This document shows, one piece after another, positions 1 through 8,748 of a stretch of 64,000 nucleotides of DNA. How positions within the stretch are numbered: the stretch's first letter is position 1; every line of letters starts with the position of its first letter. Where the stretch lies: NCBI GenBank assembly GCA_043827405.1, contig JBDRPD010000054.1:32001-96000 (forward strand), in the 5' to 3' direction. The notes under the pieces are model-generated. The model saw only the letters and a list, made by a program, of their open reading frames with translations, did no database searches and had not been told where the DNA came from. The DNA comes from Elusimicrobiota bacterium. GTDB taxonomy: Bacteria > Elusimicrobiota > Elusimicrobia > UBA1565. The translations under genes and the position numbers were made by a program.

Positions 1-1
1 C

Positions 2-313
2 GCGCCGATCTTCAAAGAGCTGGGGATCGATGAGCTGCAGGGACGGCGGCCGACCCAGCTCTCGGGCGGTCAGCAGCAGCGGGTGGCGGTGGCGCGTGCG
101 GTGGTGGGGACGCCGGCGATCGTGCTGGCCGACGAGCCGACCGCGAACCTTGATTCCGCGACCGCCCGCGGGCTGATGGACCTCATGAAGCGTCTCAACC
201 AGGAGCAGCGAGTGACTTTCCTGTTCAGCTCCCACGATCCCATGGTCCTCGGACGGGCGCGACGCGTGATCCGGATGCGGGACGGAAAGATCGTCGATGA
301 AGAGAGGCACTAG
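2..313 (+). CDS. ABC transporter ATP-binding protein, LolD/MacB-like (5' truncated by window edge)
   Basis: Frame open from base 2: LSGGQQQRVAVARA signature, Walker B IVLADEPTANLD, H-loop SSHD. Confidence 0.93.
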   Translation, partial: APIFKELGIDELQGRRPTQLSGGQQQRVAVARAVVGTPAIVLADEPTANLDSATARGLMDLMKRLNQEQRVTFLFSSHDPMVLGRARRVIRMRDGKIVDEERH

Positions 314-1478
314 TCTTCTTGTCCTGCTGCTGTCCGCCGCCTCGGCGCGGGCGGAAATCGTTCCCGGCATCGCCTTCCGGGAGAATTTGCTTTATTTGGC
401 CGCTCCGCGGCTGACGGCTCCGGGTCTCCCGAACAAAGCCTATTGGCTGTCGGCGACTTTCGTGCGGCCGACCCTCGAGGCGACCTATGCGGAGTGGAAT
501 GTCGACGCGGCGCTTGAGCTCGCGACGCTGGCCAACTCGGCGGGCGTGCGGGATATCGGACGGGCTCAGGCGGGCGGCAGCGCCTTCGCCCGGGGCGATA
601 TCCTGGAATGGTGGGAGCTGACCGCGGAGCCGGTCCGCGAGCCGGACAAGAATGTGCGCCTGCGGGCGGAGCGCTTGAAGGTCTCGCGCAGCTTCGGCGC
701 TTTCGACGTGGACCTCGGGCGCCAGCCGGTCTCGCTCGGCACATCGCATTTCGTCGGCGTGCTGGACGTGCTGGCGCCGTTTCCTCCCGGCGACTTGGAT
801 GCCACGTATAAGCCCGGAATCGACGCCGCCCGTATTCGCACCTCCATCGGCGAGGAAGGGGAGATCGAGGGTATCGGTGCGGGCGCCTATCGCGCGCGCG
901 ATGCGGCGGGCATCCTGCGTCTGCGCCATCCGGTGCGCAGCGTGGATGTCGAGCTCGTCGGCGGGCGCTTTCGCGGCCATCACTTCGGCGGCGCCGGCTG
1001 GGAGGGGGACATCGAGCCCTTCGCCGTGTGGGGCGAGGCGGCGCTTTTCGATCATCCCGGCAGCCCGAAGTTCTCGGGTGTCGGCGGTGCGGACTATAAG
1101 CTGGCCGAGAATACCACGCTCGGCCTCGGCTACCTATACCAGGCTTTCGGCGCGCGTCGGGCATCCGAGCTGGCCGCTGTCGCGCTGGACGCGCCCTACC
1201 GCGAGGGCTGGGCATTCCTGGGCGGGCGTCAATACGCGGTGCTGGCGGCGCATGCTGAGCCGCATCCTCTGATTCATATCAACCTGTCGGGAATAGTCAG
1301 CCTGACCGATGGCTCTACCTTGTGGCAGCCGCGCCTGACTTGGAATGCCGCCGACGAGGCGGACGTCAGTTTCTACGGCTGGATCGCGACCGGGCGGGCG
1401 CCGGAGGGACTGATCCTGCGCTCCGAGTTCGGCTCCATGGCCGACGGCGCCGGTATGTACTGCCGGGTGTTTTTCTAG
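297..1478 (+). CDS. Exported hypothetical protein, probable outer-membrane beta-barrel associated with the ABC operon
   Basis: Signal peptide ending ARA; alternating beta-strand pattern; C-terminal Phe (YCRVFF); overlaps the upstream ATPase stop. Confidence 0.7.
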   Translation: MKRGTSLLVLLLSAASARAEIVPGIAFRENLLYLAAPRLTAPGLPNKAYWLSATFVRPTLEATYAEWNVDAALELATLANSAGVRDIGRAQAGGSAFARGDILEWWELTAEPVREPDKNVRLRAERLKVSRSFGAFDVDLGRQPVSLGTSHFVGVLDVLAPFPPGDLDATYKPGIDAARIRTSIGEEGEIEGIGAGAYRARDAAGILRLRHPVRSVDVELVGGRFRGHHFGGAGWEGDIEPFAVWGEAALFDHPGSPKFSGVGGADYKLAENTTLGLGYLYQAFGARRASELAAVALDAPYREGWAFLGGRQYAVLAAHAEPHPLIHINLSGIVSLTDGSTLWQPRLTWNAADEADVSFYGWIATGRAPEGLILRSEFGSMADGAGMYCRVFF

Positions 1479-1484
1479 GCCGAC

Positions 1485-1519
1485 AAAAAGCCGCCCGTTC
1501 CGGGAACGGGCGGCTTATT
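1485..1519. terminator. Probable bidirectional intrinsic terminator
   Basis: AAGCCGCCCGTTCC-G-GGAACGGGCGGCTT inverted repeat with A/T flanks between convergent genes. Confidence 0.85.
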
Positions 1520-1540
1520 GATATCGTCTAAGGCGAATGC

Positions 1541-2539
1541 TTACTCGACGCTGGCGGTCAGCAGGGCCTTGATCTCCGCTCCTTCGTATGTGACCTTCTC
1601 CGTTTCGCGGTAGTCCTGCCACTTGTCGTTGGAGATTTGCCCCACCCGCTTGAAGCGCCACTTGACGTAGTACTCCTTGCCGGGCTTGAGGTCGCCGCTC
1701 AGTTCCTGCGCGTAATCCGCGAAGTTGACGCGGTGGACTTCGGCCGCCGGGATCGTGATCTCCGTTTTCAGCGCCGTCGAGTCGAACCAGTTCTTGTAGT
1801 AGCGTACGAGCCGGACCTCAACGGTCACTTTCTCGCCCTCATAGAACTCGATCCAGCGGTCTTTCAGCTGCAGCGAGAAGCTCCCGGTTTCCTGGTCGAA
1901 GCCGAAGGCGGCCTGAATCCCGTTCGGATCGGGGTTGGCGCGGTTCTTGCTGAGCGCGCGCGCGAGCACTGTGTCGCCGTTCCAGCCGGGAACGTCGAGC
2001 GAGTACTTGTGCGAGGCGTCGACCACGTGGGCGCTGAGCCATTGGCCCTGGAGACAGACCTGGAATATGTCGCGCTCCCAGGGGAGCATCTCGCCGCGTC
2101 CCGATACCTCGATGCGGGCCTGGCGGCGCTCGGTGCTGACCCAGCGCTCATGGCACTCGCGGCTCTTCGCGTTATAGCTGTGGTTCGGGCGGCGGTCGCC
2201 TATGCGGTCGCCTTTGCGCGGGTGCGGGCGGGGGTGCCGGGGTGCGTCCGGGATGTTGTAGCAGATCTCCTCGTAGATGCGGCTTTCCAGGCTGATGCGC
2301 TCCGAGGTCATCGGATCGCCCGGGCGGAAGGAGACGGTGGCGCAGTCACGCTCTTCGCGGCGGAAAAGCGGCCGTGCCTCGAACTTGCTATTGACGCCGG
2401 CGGCCTTAACTTCCTTCTTCGCTTCTTTGACTAGCCCCGAAACGTCGACCCCTTGGTCGAAATTGAGGTTATGCTCCAGCGCATCGGCGGCCGGCGCGCC
2501 GAGCATCGCTGCGGCGAGTATCATGCCTATTAGTTTCAT
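1541..2539 (-). CDS. Secreted hypothetical protein, paralog of 7637..8587
   Basis: Signal peptide, FDQGVD motif, long colinear similarity to 7637..8587 (MLPWExDIFxVCL, LKDRW, YYVKW). Confidence 0.85.
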   Translation of the reverse strand: MKLIGMILAAAMLGAPAADALEHNLNFDQGVDVSGLVKEAKKEVKAAGVNSKFEARPLFRREERDCATVSFRPGDPMTSERISLESRIYEEICYNIPDAPRHPRPHPRKGDRIGDRRPNHSYNAKSRECHERWVSTERRQARIEVSGRGEMLPWERDIFQVCLQGQWLSAHVVDASHKYSLDVPGWNGDTVLARALSKNRANPDPNGIQAAFGFDQETGSFSLQLKDRWIEFYEGEKVTVEVRLVRYYKNWFDSTALKTEITIPAAEVHRVNFADYAQELSGDLKPGKEYYVKWRFKRVGQISNDKWQDYRETEKVTYEGAEIKALLTASVE

Positions 2540-2749
2540 GTCTGCTATCCCCCTGGGTTTTCCGCAGCGGACTAAAGGTCCTAGTTGCGGCTGGGTCCTG
2601 CGGCCCTATTGTAACGGCACTCATGGGGCAAGACATAGAAGCGATAGGCCCACCCCGATATGGGATAAAGGACCCATAATCCTGCCTCTCGCTTTCGGCG
2701 GGACAATGAATCTGTAACACGGCTGCCCCATAATAATCGTGAGGACACC

Positions 2750-2926
2750 ATGAATGCGATGCTAGCTGGATTTGTAACCTACGGAGCGTCCGAACCCTTG
2801 GGGCTGCCGGATGAGTATGGTCTCTGCTGCGTTATCGCGGGGACCATCATCATTACCATCGCGGCCCGCCTGCTGCCGAAAACGGCAAGGGTAGAGGATG
2901 TCGCCCGGGTCGCGGCGCAGAAATAG
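2750..2926 (+). CDS. Small 58-aa putative membrane protein (absent from the ORF track)
   Basis: GAGG RBS before ATG, TAATAAT upstream; MNAMLAGFVTYGASEPLGLPDEYGLCCVIAGTIIITIAARLLPKTARVEDVARVAAQK has one hydrophobic helix. Confidence 0.55.
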   Translation: MNAMLAGFVTYGASEPLGLPDEYGLCCVIAGTIIITIAARLLPKTARVEDVARVAAQK

Positions 2927-2940
2927 CCGACAGCCCCGTC

Positions 2941-3663
2941 CTAACAGAACTCCTTAAGGAATTCCTTAAGGAGGTTAACTGGCGGGTCGAGGTCGAGGAA
3001 GCGCGCCGCCGTCGATTCGTAGCCTAATTTCCCTCCGCTTTTTTCGTGCATCCCCACGTAAAAGTCGTAGCGCTCCTTGTTGGTCCGGCTGTCGAGTTCG
3101 GGGTGGAACTGGGTGCAGTAGGCCGGACCGCCGCCGATGCGGAAAGCCTGGTGCTCTACGAGCTCGCTCTCCGCCAGGCGGACGGCGTTCCCCGGCGCGC
3201 GCGCGACGCGGTCGACGTGGCCGAGATGGGCATGGAAGGAGGGGGGCAGTTTGCCGAACAGCGGGTCCTGTGCCCCCTCCGGCGTCAGGCGAATCTCGAA
3301 TGTGCCGACCTCGCGGCAGGCCCGATCCTCGACCACTTCGCCGCCAAGTGCGGCGGCTACGATATGAAAGCCCATGCAGGAGCCGAAAAAAGGCACCTGC
3401 CGGTTGAGGACCTCCAGTACAAAATCCTGTGTTTTCCGGTGGTGGGCAAAGGGCTTGGTCGCCATGGAATAGTCCCCGGCTCCTCCGACCATGACGGCGT
3501 CAAAGTCCCGCCAGGCGCCTGGCGCGGGTGCGGCGAGAACCGCATTATGGGCGATGATCCGCTCCGGGGCAACACCGCACATCTTGGCGAAGCAGTCGTG
3601 CTCATGGCCGGCCATCGGGTCATCGGCATTGCGGATTTGCAGGAGAAGAATATGGGGAGCCAT
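2941..3663 (-). CDS. Class I glutamine amidotransferase (GMP-synthase GATase-like)
   Basis: Nucleophile elbow GSCMGFH and QFHPE catalytic His-Glu. Confidence 0.9.
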   Translation of the reverse strand: MAPHILLLQIRNADDPMAGHEHDCFAKMCGVAPERIIAHNAVLAAPAPGAWRDFDAVMVGGAGDYSMATKPFAHHRKTQDFVLEVLNRQVPFFGSCMGFHIVAAALGGEVVEDRACREVGTFEIRLTPEGAQDPLFGKLPPSFHAHLGHVDRVARAPGNAVRLAESELVEHQAFRIGGGPAYCTQFHPELDSRTNKERYDFYVGMHEKSGGKLGYESTAARFLDLDPPVNLLKEFLKEFC

Positions 3664-3870
3664 GGCCGATGTATACTTCTATTTCCGCTGCCGGGGCAAT
3701 AGAGGGCATTCATCTTCCTGGGCCCTCCGGGCATGTATTTAACATCGCGCGCGCGGCGCGTCCTTGGGTGCCGAATCGCGCGGAAAAAATATCGGCCCAG
3801 CAGGCCTATGGGCGATAGATGTTTTCTCGTCGAGGCGGTGGCTGCGCGCGCGGGCCCTAGTCGCGCCATG

Positions 3871-3912
3871 TGGGCCCAAGGGCCCAGGTAGTATACTGGG
3901 CCCAAGGGCCCA
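3871..3912. promoter_or_regulatory. Two identical palindromes TGGGCCCAAGGGCCCA, putative operator
   Basis: Exact 16-bp copies at 3871-3886 and 3897-3912 in the divergent promoter region; TATAAT at 3956-3961. Confidence 0.55.
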
Positions 3913-4024
3913 GCGGGCTGGGCCCTACGCTTCTTGTGGGTTTTCTGGAGCGGAGTATAATCATAGCGTACCCTGTAATCCTTAAAATTGGTTAAGGAGT
4001 ATCCACCCCCGGCCGGAACCGGGG

Positions 4025-4076
4025 TGACCAGGGGAAACAGATGAGTCGTTTCACTGTTTCCCCTGGTCATTTTTTT
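4025..4076 (+). terminator. Intrinsic terminator in the leader of the subtilase gene
   Basis: 16-bp perfect stem TGACCAGGGGAAACAG/CTGTTTCCCCTGGTCA followed by T7, 27 nt before the ATG at 4103. Confidence 0.8.
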
Positions 4077-4102
4077 AGGGACGAGACGGAGGACGAACGA
4101 GA

Positions 4103-6460
4103 ATGCGGAAAAACAAGCTCAAGCAGCCCCGCTGGACTCTCAAATTTCTCATCAAGCGCTACGGCATGCTGATCGCTCCGCTATGCATCTGGGCATATGT
4201 GATGCTGGCGATCCTAATGTCCGCGCCGACCATTAATGCCGCGGAACCCCCCGTCACCGGCACCTTTATCGAGCAGTACGGGCGCGCCTACGGGCTGTCG
4301 ACCGACGGCCGCGGCGGCATCTTCTATAAGAAAGAGGGAGTTCGCGAGGCTTTGGCTTTTCAGCCTAAGATGCTCAACGGCGCGGTTCTCGACCGGCTGC
4401 ACCTGCTCACGGCGAAGATCGCGGAGCAGAATCCGGACGAGGCTCTGGTCCCGGTGCTGCAGACCTTGCTGCGGCCGACCTTGGGTGAAGTGAACCGCCT
4501 TAACGGCAAGCTCCTTTATGTGAAGAAGGACGGCGTCCTCCAGCTGACGCAGTTCGGCCGCAATATGCTGATGGACCTGCTGACCGCGCAGGATGGGGTC
4601 AACTTTCAAGGGCCGGTGCCGGCGTCGCAGGATGGACTGCCCAAGGTCCGCCGGGAGTCGGTGCTGGAGCGCCTTAAGAAGGAAGGCCAGCTGCTGCATC
4701 TGGCCGAGCAGGCGCGGAGCGCCGGCGGCGAGGTGTTTGATGCGGGAAATGCCGCACCGCAGCAGCTTGTCTATCCTATGGAAGCCTACGGTAAGTGGCG
4801 TAAGCTCGAGAAGGGCAAGGCGGGCGACGTCTACATCGATCCCGAGACCGGAAATATGCGGCTTATCGTTTCCGCGAAGAATGCGGTAGTCTCTGATCGC
4901 TTCAAAGTGCTCGACGGCGAGGAGAACGGCATCTACGAAGAGACCGGTTTGGACGAGAAGCTGATCGCCGCGCATGGCGGGAAAATCGTTCGCGCCATCG
5001 ACAACCTCGTTGAGGTGGATATCTCGAAGGAGCAGGCGGCCGAGCTCGGCCGGGCTCTCGAGGAGCGCGGCGTCCACAGCCAGCCCAATCTGGCCGTGGC
5101 CATGGCGAATGCCGGCCGCGAGATCGCCAAGCAGCGCTTTCCGTTCGCCGGCCTCCTGCCTTTCGGCAAAAACCTGCTCAAGCGTCTGACGGGCGGCGAG
5201 TACAGGATCCAGTCGGACGTCGCCAAGAACCTGCTGCAGGTCGACAAGATGTGGGAAAAGGGCATGGAGGGCGAAGGGACCGTGGTCGGCATCATCGACA
5301 CCGGTCTCGATACCAAGCACCCCGACTTCAAGGACCGGGTGCTGACCTATGTCGACCTGGTCCAGGGCGGCGTCGATGCCGTGGGCCATGGGACGCACTG
5401 CGCCGGCGCGGTCGGCGGCGACGGCAAAGCCTCCGGCGGCAAGTACAAGGGCATGGCGCCGAAAACCAAGTTCGTGATCATCCAGGTGTTCAATTCCTGG
5501 GGCATGGGAGCCTCGGAGATGTCGCTCCTGGCGGCGATGAAGATCGCCAGTTCCCTGCCCAAGAACATCCGGCCCGACGTCCTCAGCATGAGCCTCGGCA
5601 TCGCCGGCCCGGGCGGCCATAACCTGCATTCCACCAGCCTGCTGTCGAACTACATGATGCTGCGCAATAAAGTGTTCCTCTCCATCGCGGCGGGCAACAG
5701 CGGCCCGGAGAAGTATACGGTCGGCGCGCCGGGCAACGCCAAGCATGCCTTGACCGTGACCGGTACGGACAAGCACAAGGAGATTCCCTTCTTCCCGTCG
5801 CGCGGCCCGATTACCAACTGGCCGTTCAAGGAGTACAACAAGCCCGACCTCGCCACCATCGCCGGCGGCGTTACGCGCGGCAATAAGTGCCCCTACGCCC
5901 CGGAAGGCTTGATCGCGGCCAAAAGCGGCGACGAGAAATTCCCGCAGTCAGGCGGGGATGCCTGCGACGCGCCGGGCAATCCCTACTACCGTTACATGTC
6001 CGGCACCTCGATGGCGACTCCTCTCGCCTCGGGGATCGCCGCCGACGTGATCGGCTACCTAAAAGCCAACGGTATCCCCTACACCGCGTCGGAGGTCAAA
6101 GCGCTCCTCATGGAGACCGCCGACGATCTCGGGCGTCCAGCCTATGAGCAGGGGGCCGGCTTCGTCAACGGCGAGCGGCTGGCCAAGGCTCTGGAAGAGC
6201 GGGTCAAGGCCGGTGCCGTCGCCGGCAACGTCGCGCTGATGGTAGCGCGCGACCTGACCGGGTTCCAGAAGTGGTACCTGGAAAAGCATAAAAGCATCGT
6301 AATGACCCAGGCGGGTCTGCTGGACACCAGAACCAACCACCTGGTCCATAACGACGCGGAAGTCGACGCGCTGCGTCAAACGGTAAAGGACGAGTACGCG
6401 AGCAAGCCGCTCCTGGAGCGCATCAAGATCAGGCTGGCGTTCGCGCGGAGGAGCAAGTAA
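4103..6460 (+). CDS. S8 family (subtilisin-like) serine peptidase with N-terminal signal/TM segment and long pro-region
   Basis: Catalytic motifs GIIDTG, GHGTHCAG, AAGNSG, SGTSMATP; GGAGG RBS. Confidence 0.95.
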   Translation: MRKNKLKQPRWTLKFLIKRYGMLIAPLCIWAYVMLAILMSAPTINAAEPPVTGTFIEQYGRAYGLSTDGRGGIFYKKEGVREALAFQPKMLNGAVLDRLHLLTAKIAEQNPDEALVPVLQTLLRPTLGEVNRLNGKLLYVKKDGVLQLTQFGRNMLMDLLTAQDGVNFQGPVPASQDGLPKVRRESVLERLKKEGQLLHLAEQARSAGGEVFDAGNAAPQQLVYPMEAYGKWRKLEKGKAGDVYIDPETGNMRLIVSAKNAVVSDRFKVLDGEENGIYEETGLDEKLIAAHGGKIVRAIDNLVEVDISKEQAAELGRALEERGVHSQPNLAVAMANAGREIAKQRFPFAGLLPFGKNLLKRLTGGEYRIQSDVAKNLLQVDKMWEKGMEGEGTVVGIIDTGLDTKHPDFKDRVLTYVDLVQGGVDAVGHGTHCAGAVGGDGKASGGKYKGMAPKTKFVIIQVFNSWGMGASEMSLLAAMKIASSLPKNIRPDVLSMSLGIAGPGGHNLHSTSLLSNYMMLRNKVFLSIAAGNSGPEKYTVGAPGNAKHALTVTGTDKHKEIPFFPSRGPITNWPFKEYNKPDLATIAGGVTRGNKCPYAPEGLIAAKSGDEKFPQSGGDACDAPGNPYYRYMSGTSMATPLASGIAADVIGYLKANGIPYTASEVKALLMETADDLGRPAYEQGAGFVNGERLAKALEERVKAGAVAGNVALMVARDLTGFQKWYLEKHKSIVMTQAGLLDTRTNHLVHNDAEVDALRQTVKDEYASKPLLERIKIRLAFARRSK

Positions 6461-7095
6461 TGCAAGTCAAAACGTGCGGAGAAAAGTACATGAGAGATGC
6501 CATGAAGCGGGCGGCGCTGCCGTTCTGTCTCGCCGTAATTATGCCGCATGGCGCATCCGCCGCAGCGATGCAGGCGATGCGCGGCAACGCCCATGAGGCG
6601 ATTGCCGCCTTGCAGGTTGGGCTTAAGGACGGCGCATCGCTTGAAGACTCCTCCGGTGCCGGATTCAAGGCGCAGCAGGCGCTTTTGGGCCGCGGTTCGG
6701 GCGGCGTTTCCGTATGCGGCGCGGCCTGCGTCGCGGCGGCGGAGAAGGCATCCGCCGAGAACGTCCCGGCGCTGACGGCCGAAGAGTATGCTCCGGAGCA
6801 CCTGCGGCCGGCGACGGCTGTTCCGCCGCCGGCGGTCCAGCCTGAGAAGCCCTCGGGCGCCGTGACGACGCTCTTGCGCAAGGCCGCCGGCTTTGCCGGC
6901 AAGACCGTGGACCGGATCTCCAAGATGAACAAGGCGGGGAAGGTCGCTTTGCTTGTCGGCTTGCTGGTGGTGGAGGCGGCGGTTATTATCTGGCCGACCC
7001 CGGCCATCACCGTCGCGGTGACCGGGCTGGGCGTGCTCGGGCTCTTCGGCACCGTCCGCGAACTTATCGGCATGTTTCGCCGGGGGCGCCTGTGA
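6460..7095 (+). CDS. Exported hypothetical protein with C-terminal hydrophobic hairpin (true start may be 6490 or 6502)
   Basis: Signal-like segment, GFKAQQ motif shared with the next gene, two C-terminal hydrophobic helices. Confidence 0.7.
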   Translation: MQVKTCGEKYMRDAMKRAALPFCLAVIMPHGASAAAMQAMRGNAHEAIAALQVGLKDGASLEDSSGAGFKAQQALLGRGSGGVSVCGAACVAAAEKASAENVPALTAEEYAPEHLRPATAVPPPAVQPEKPSGAVTTLLRKAAGFAGKTVDRISKMNKAGKVALLVGLLVVEAAVIIWPTPAITVAVTGLGVLGLFGTVRELIGMFRRGRL

Positions 7096-7631
7096 GCCTG
7101 AAAACGGTTCTATTTTTTCTGTTCGCGGTCCGCTTCGGCTTGAGCAGCGCCGCGCAGGCCGCGGTGCCGAACTCGCTGCACCACGGGCTCGCGGCCAAGG
7201 AAGTCCTGAGCATCGAGGCGCTCGCTCCGGCCGGCACGGCCGAGGGGATGTACCATTCGGGCTTTAAGGCGCAGCAGATCATGCAGGGCCTGCAGACCGG
7301 CGACCGGCCGGCGGTCCGTGCCGAGAGGGCGGCTGAGAGCGAGCAGGGCGTCCCTCCGGCGGAGATCGCCCAGAAGGTCAAGGGTTTGAAAACCGGCGAC
7401 GTCCCGCTGCCGGGGCGGGCCGACGGCAAGCCGCCGGCGGAGAAGGGCAAGCTGGACAAGGTCCTCAAGTTCGTGCAGAAGTGGCTGCCCATCGCCATGC
7501 TGGTCTACGGCTCGGTCAATATGATCATCAATCCGATCGGTGCCGCCTCCGGCGCGCTGCGGATGGCGGCGGTGATCGCCGCCGTCGGCACCGCCATGCT
7601 GCTCTATAAAACGATAAAGAAGAAGGGGTAG
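7092..7631 (+). CDS. Exported hypothetical protein, tandem paralog of the previous gene
   Basis: GTGA overlap; signal peptide ending AQA; SGFKAQQ motif; two C-terminal hydrophobic helices. Confidence 0.75.
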   Translation: MSLKTVLFFLFAVRFGLSSAAQAAVPNSLHHGLAAKEVLSIEALAPAGTAEGMYHSGFKAQQIMQGLQTGDRPAVRAERAAESEQGVPPAEIAQKVKGLKTGDVPLPGRADGKPPAEKGKLDKVLKFVQKWLPIAMLVYGSVNMIINPIGAASGALRMAAVIAAVGTAMLLYKTIKKKG

Positions 7632-7636
7632 TCGGG

Positions 7637-8587
7637 ATGGGAAATCGCGATCTGCATGTACATCTGGCGATCTGGGCCGTCGCGCTGGCGTTCTTGACGC
7701 GGCTGGCCGCCGCCGAGACGCCGAGCTTCGACCAGGGCGTGGACGCCGCCGCCGTTATTGAACAAGCGAAGCTCGAGGTCCGGTCGGGACACCGCCGCGG
7801 CGCTCCGGGGCTGGGCTACGGGCGCCCGGTCAGCACCGGCTGGGAGACCGACTGCCGCGTCATTTCCTTCCGTCCTCAGGACGCGCTGGTCGTGGATAAT
7901 ATCCTGCTCGAAAGCGTTCGTTATGAGGAAGTCTGCCGCCGCGGTCCTGACGGCCGTCGGCGTTGCCGCCGGGAGCGGACCGGCAGCGAGCGCCGCCGGG
8001 TGCGCTTTGAGATCAGCGGCCGCGGCGCGATGCTGCCGTGGGAGAAGGATATCTTCCGCGTCTGCCTCGACGGCTACCACTTATGGGCGCGGACGATCGA
8101 GGCCTCTTACGCCTACGAGATGCGGGCCGGCTGGGAGAATAAGGTCGTCGCGGTGGCGGGCGGCAAAGTTCCCACTGAGCCGGATCCCGACGGGCTCTAT
8201 CCGGGCGGCTTCCAGCTTGATCTGGAGAAGGAGAATTTCGAACTCTTCCTCAAAGATCGCTGGGCCCAGCACTATACCGGCGACGAGGTCGTGCTGCGGC
8301 TGGAGCTCAAGGAGCATGTCCCGCTGTGGATTGATCAGACCGTCATTAAGAAGAGTATCGCGCTGCCCGCAGCCGATATGTACACGATCCGCTTCGCGGA
8401 TTTCGCGGCCGAATTCGCGCGCGAGCTCCAACCGGGCAGGCAGTATTACGTGAAATGGGGCTTCCAGCGCATGGGCCACGTATCCCGGCCGACCTGGCAG
8501 GGGGACTGGAAGACGGCGAGGGTCAAGCATGCGCGCAAGCCCGCGCAGGAATCGGGGGCGCTTAGCTCCGGCTTCTTTCGCCGCTAG
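7637..8587 (+). CDS. Secreted hypothetical protein, paralog of 1541..2539
   Basis: Signal peptide, FDQGVD, shared Cys pattern and motifs with 1541..2539. Confidence 0.85.
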   Translation: MGNRDLHVHLAIWAVALAFLTRLAAAETPSFDQGVDAAAVIEQAKLEVRSGHRRGAPGLGYGRPVSTGWETDCRVISFRPQDALVVDNILLESVRYEEVCRRGPDGRRRCRRERTGSERRRVRFEISGRGAMLPWEKDIFRVCLDGYHLWARTIEASYAYEMRAGWENKVVAVAGGKVPTEPDPDGLYPGGFQLDLEKENFELFLKDRWAQHYTGDEVVLRLELKEHVPLWIDQTVIKKSIALPAADMYTIRFADFAAEFARELQPGRQYYVKWGFQRMGHVSRPTWQGDWKTARVKHARKPAQESGALSSGFFRR

Positions 8588-8612
8588 ATTTACCCAACCA
8601 CCACCACCTAAC

Positions 8613-8646
8613 AAGCGCACCCCTTTATGGGGTGCGCTTTGTTTTT
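8613..8646 (+). terminator. Intrinsic terminator of the subtilase operon
   Basis: AAGCGCACCCC-TTTAT-GGGGTGCGCTT followed by TGTTTTT. Confidence 0.85.
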
Positions 8647-8748
8647 AACGACCCGGTCTTTGGTCCTATAAATGAACGGGCCATATTTTTCCGTTTAGCG
8701 TGCTTTTTGGCCCAACCGCTTCCGCGGTATTCCGGCTAAGCTGAAGGT

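Noticed and set aside
4214..5776. Long antisense or alternate-frame ORFs (also 18121-19551, 34673-35803, 36924-38180, 42129-43451, 53813-55090 and others)
   Set aside because: They shadow well-supported genes, as expected from high-GC codon bias, and contain no motifs.
8594..8609. Short (CCA)n repeat
   Set aside because: Only a few units before a terminator; no evidence of function.
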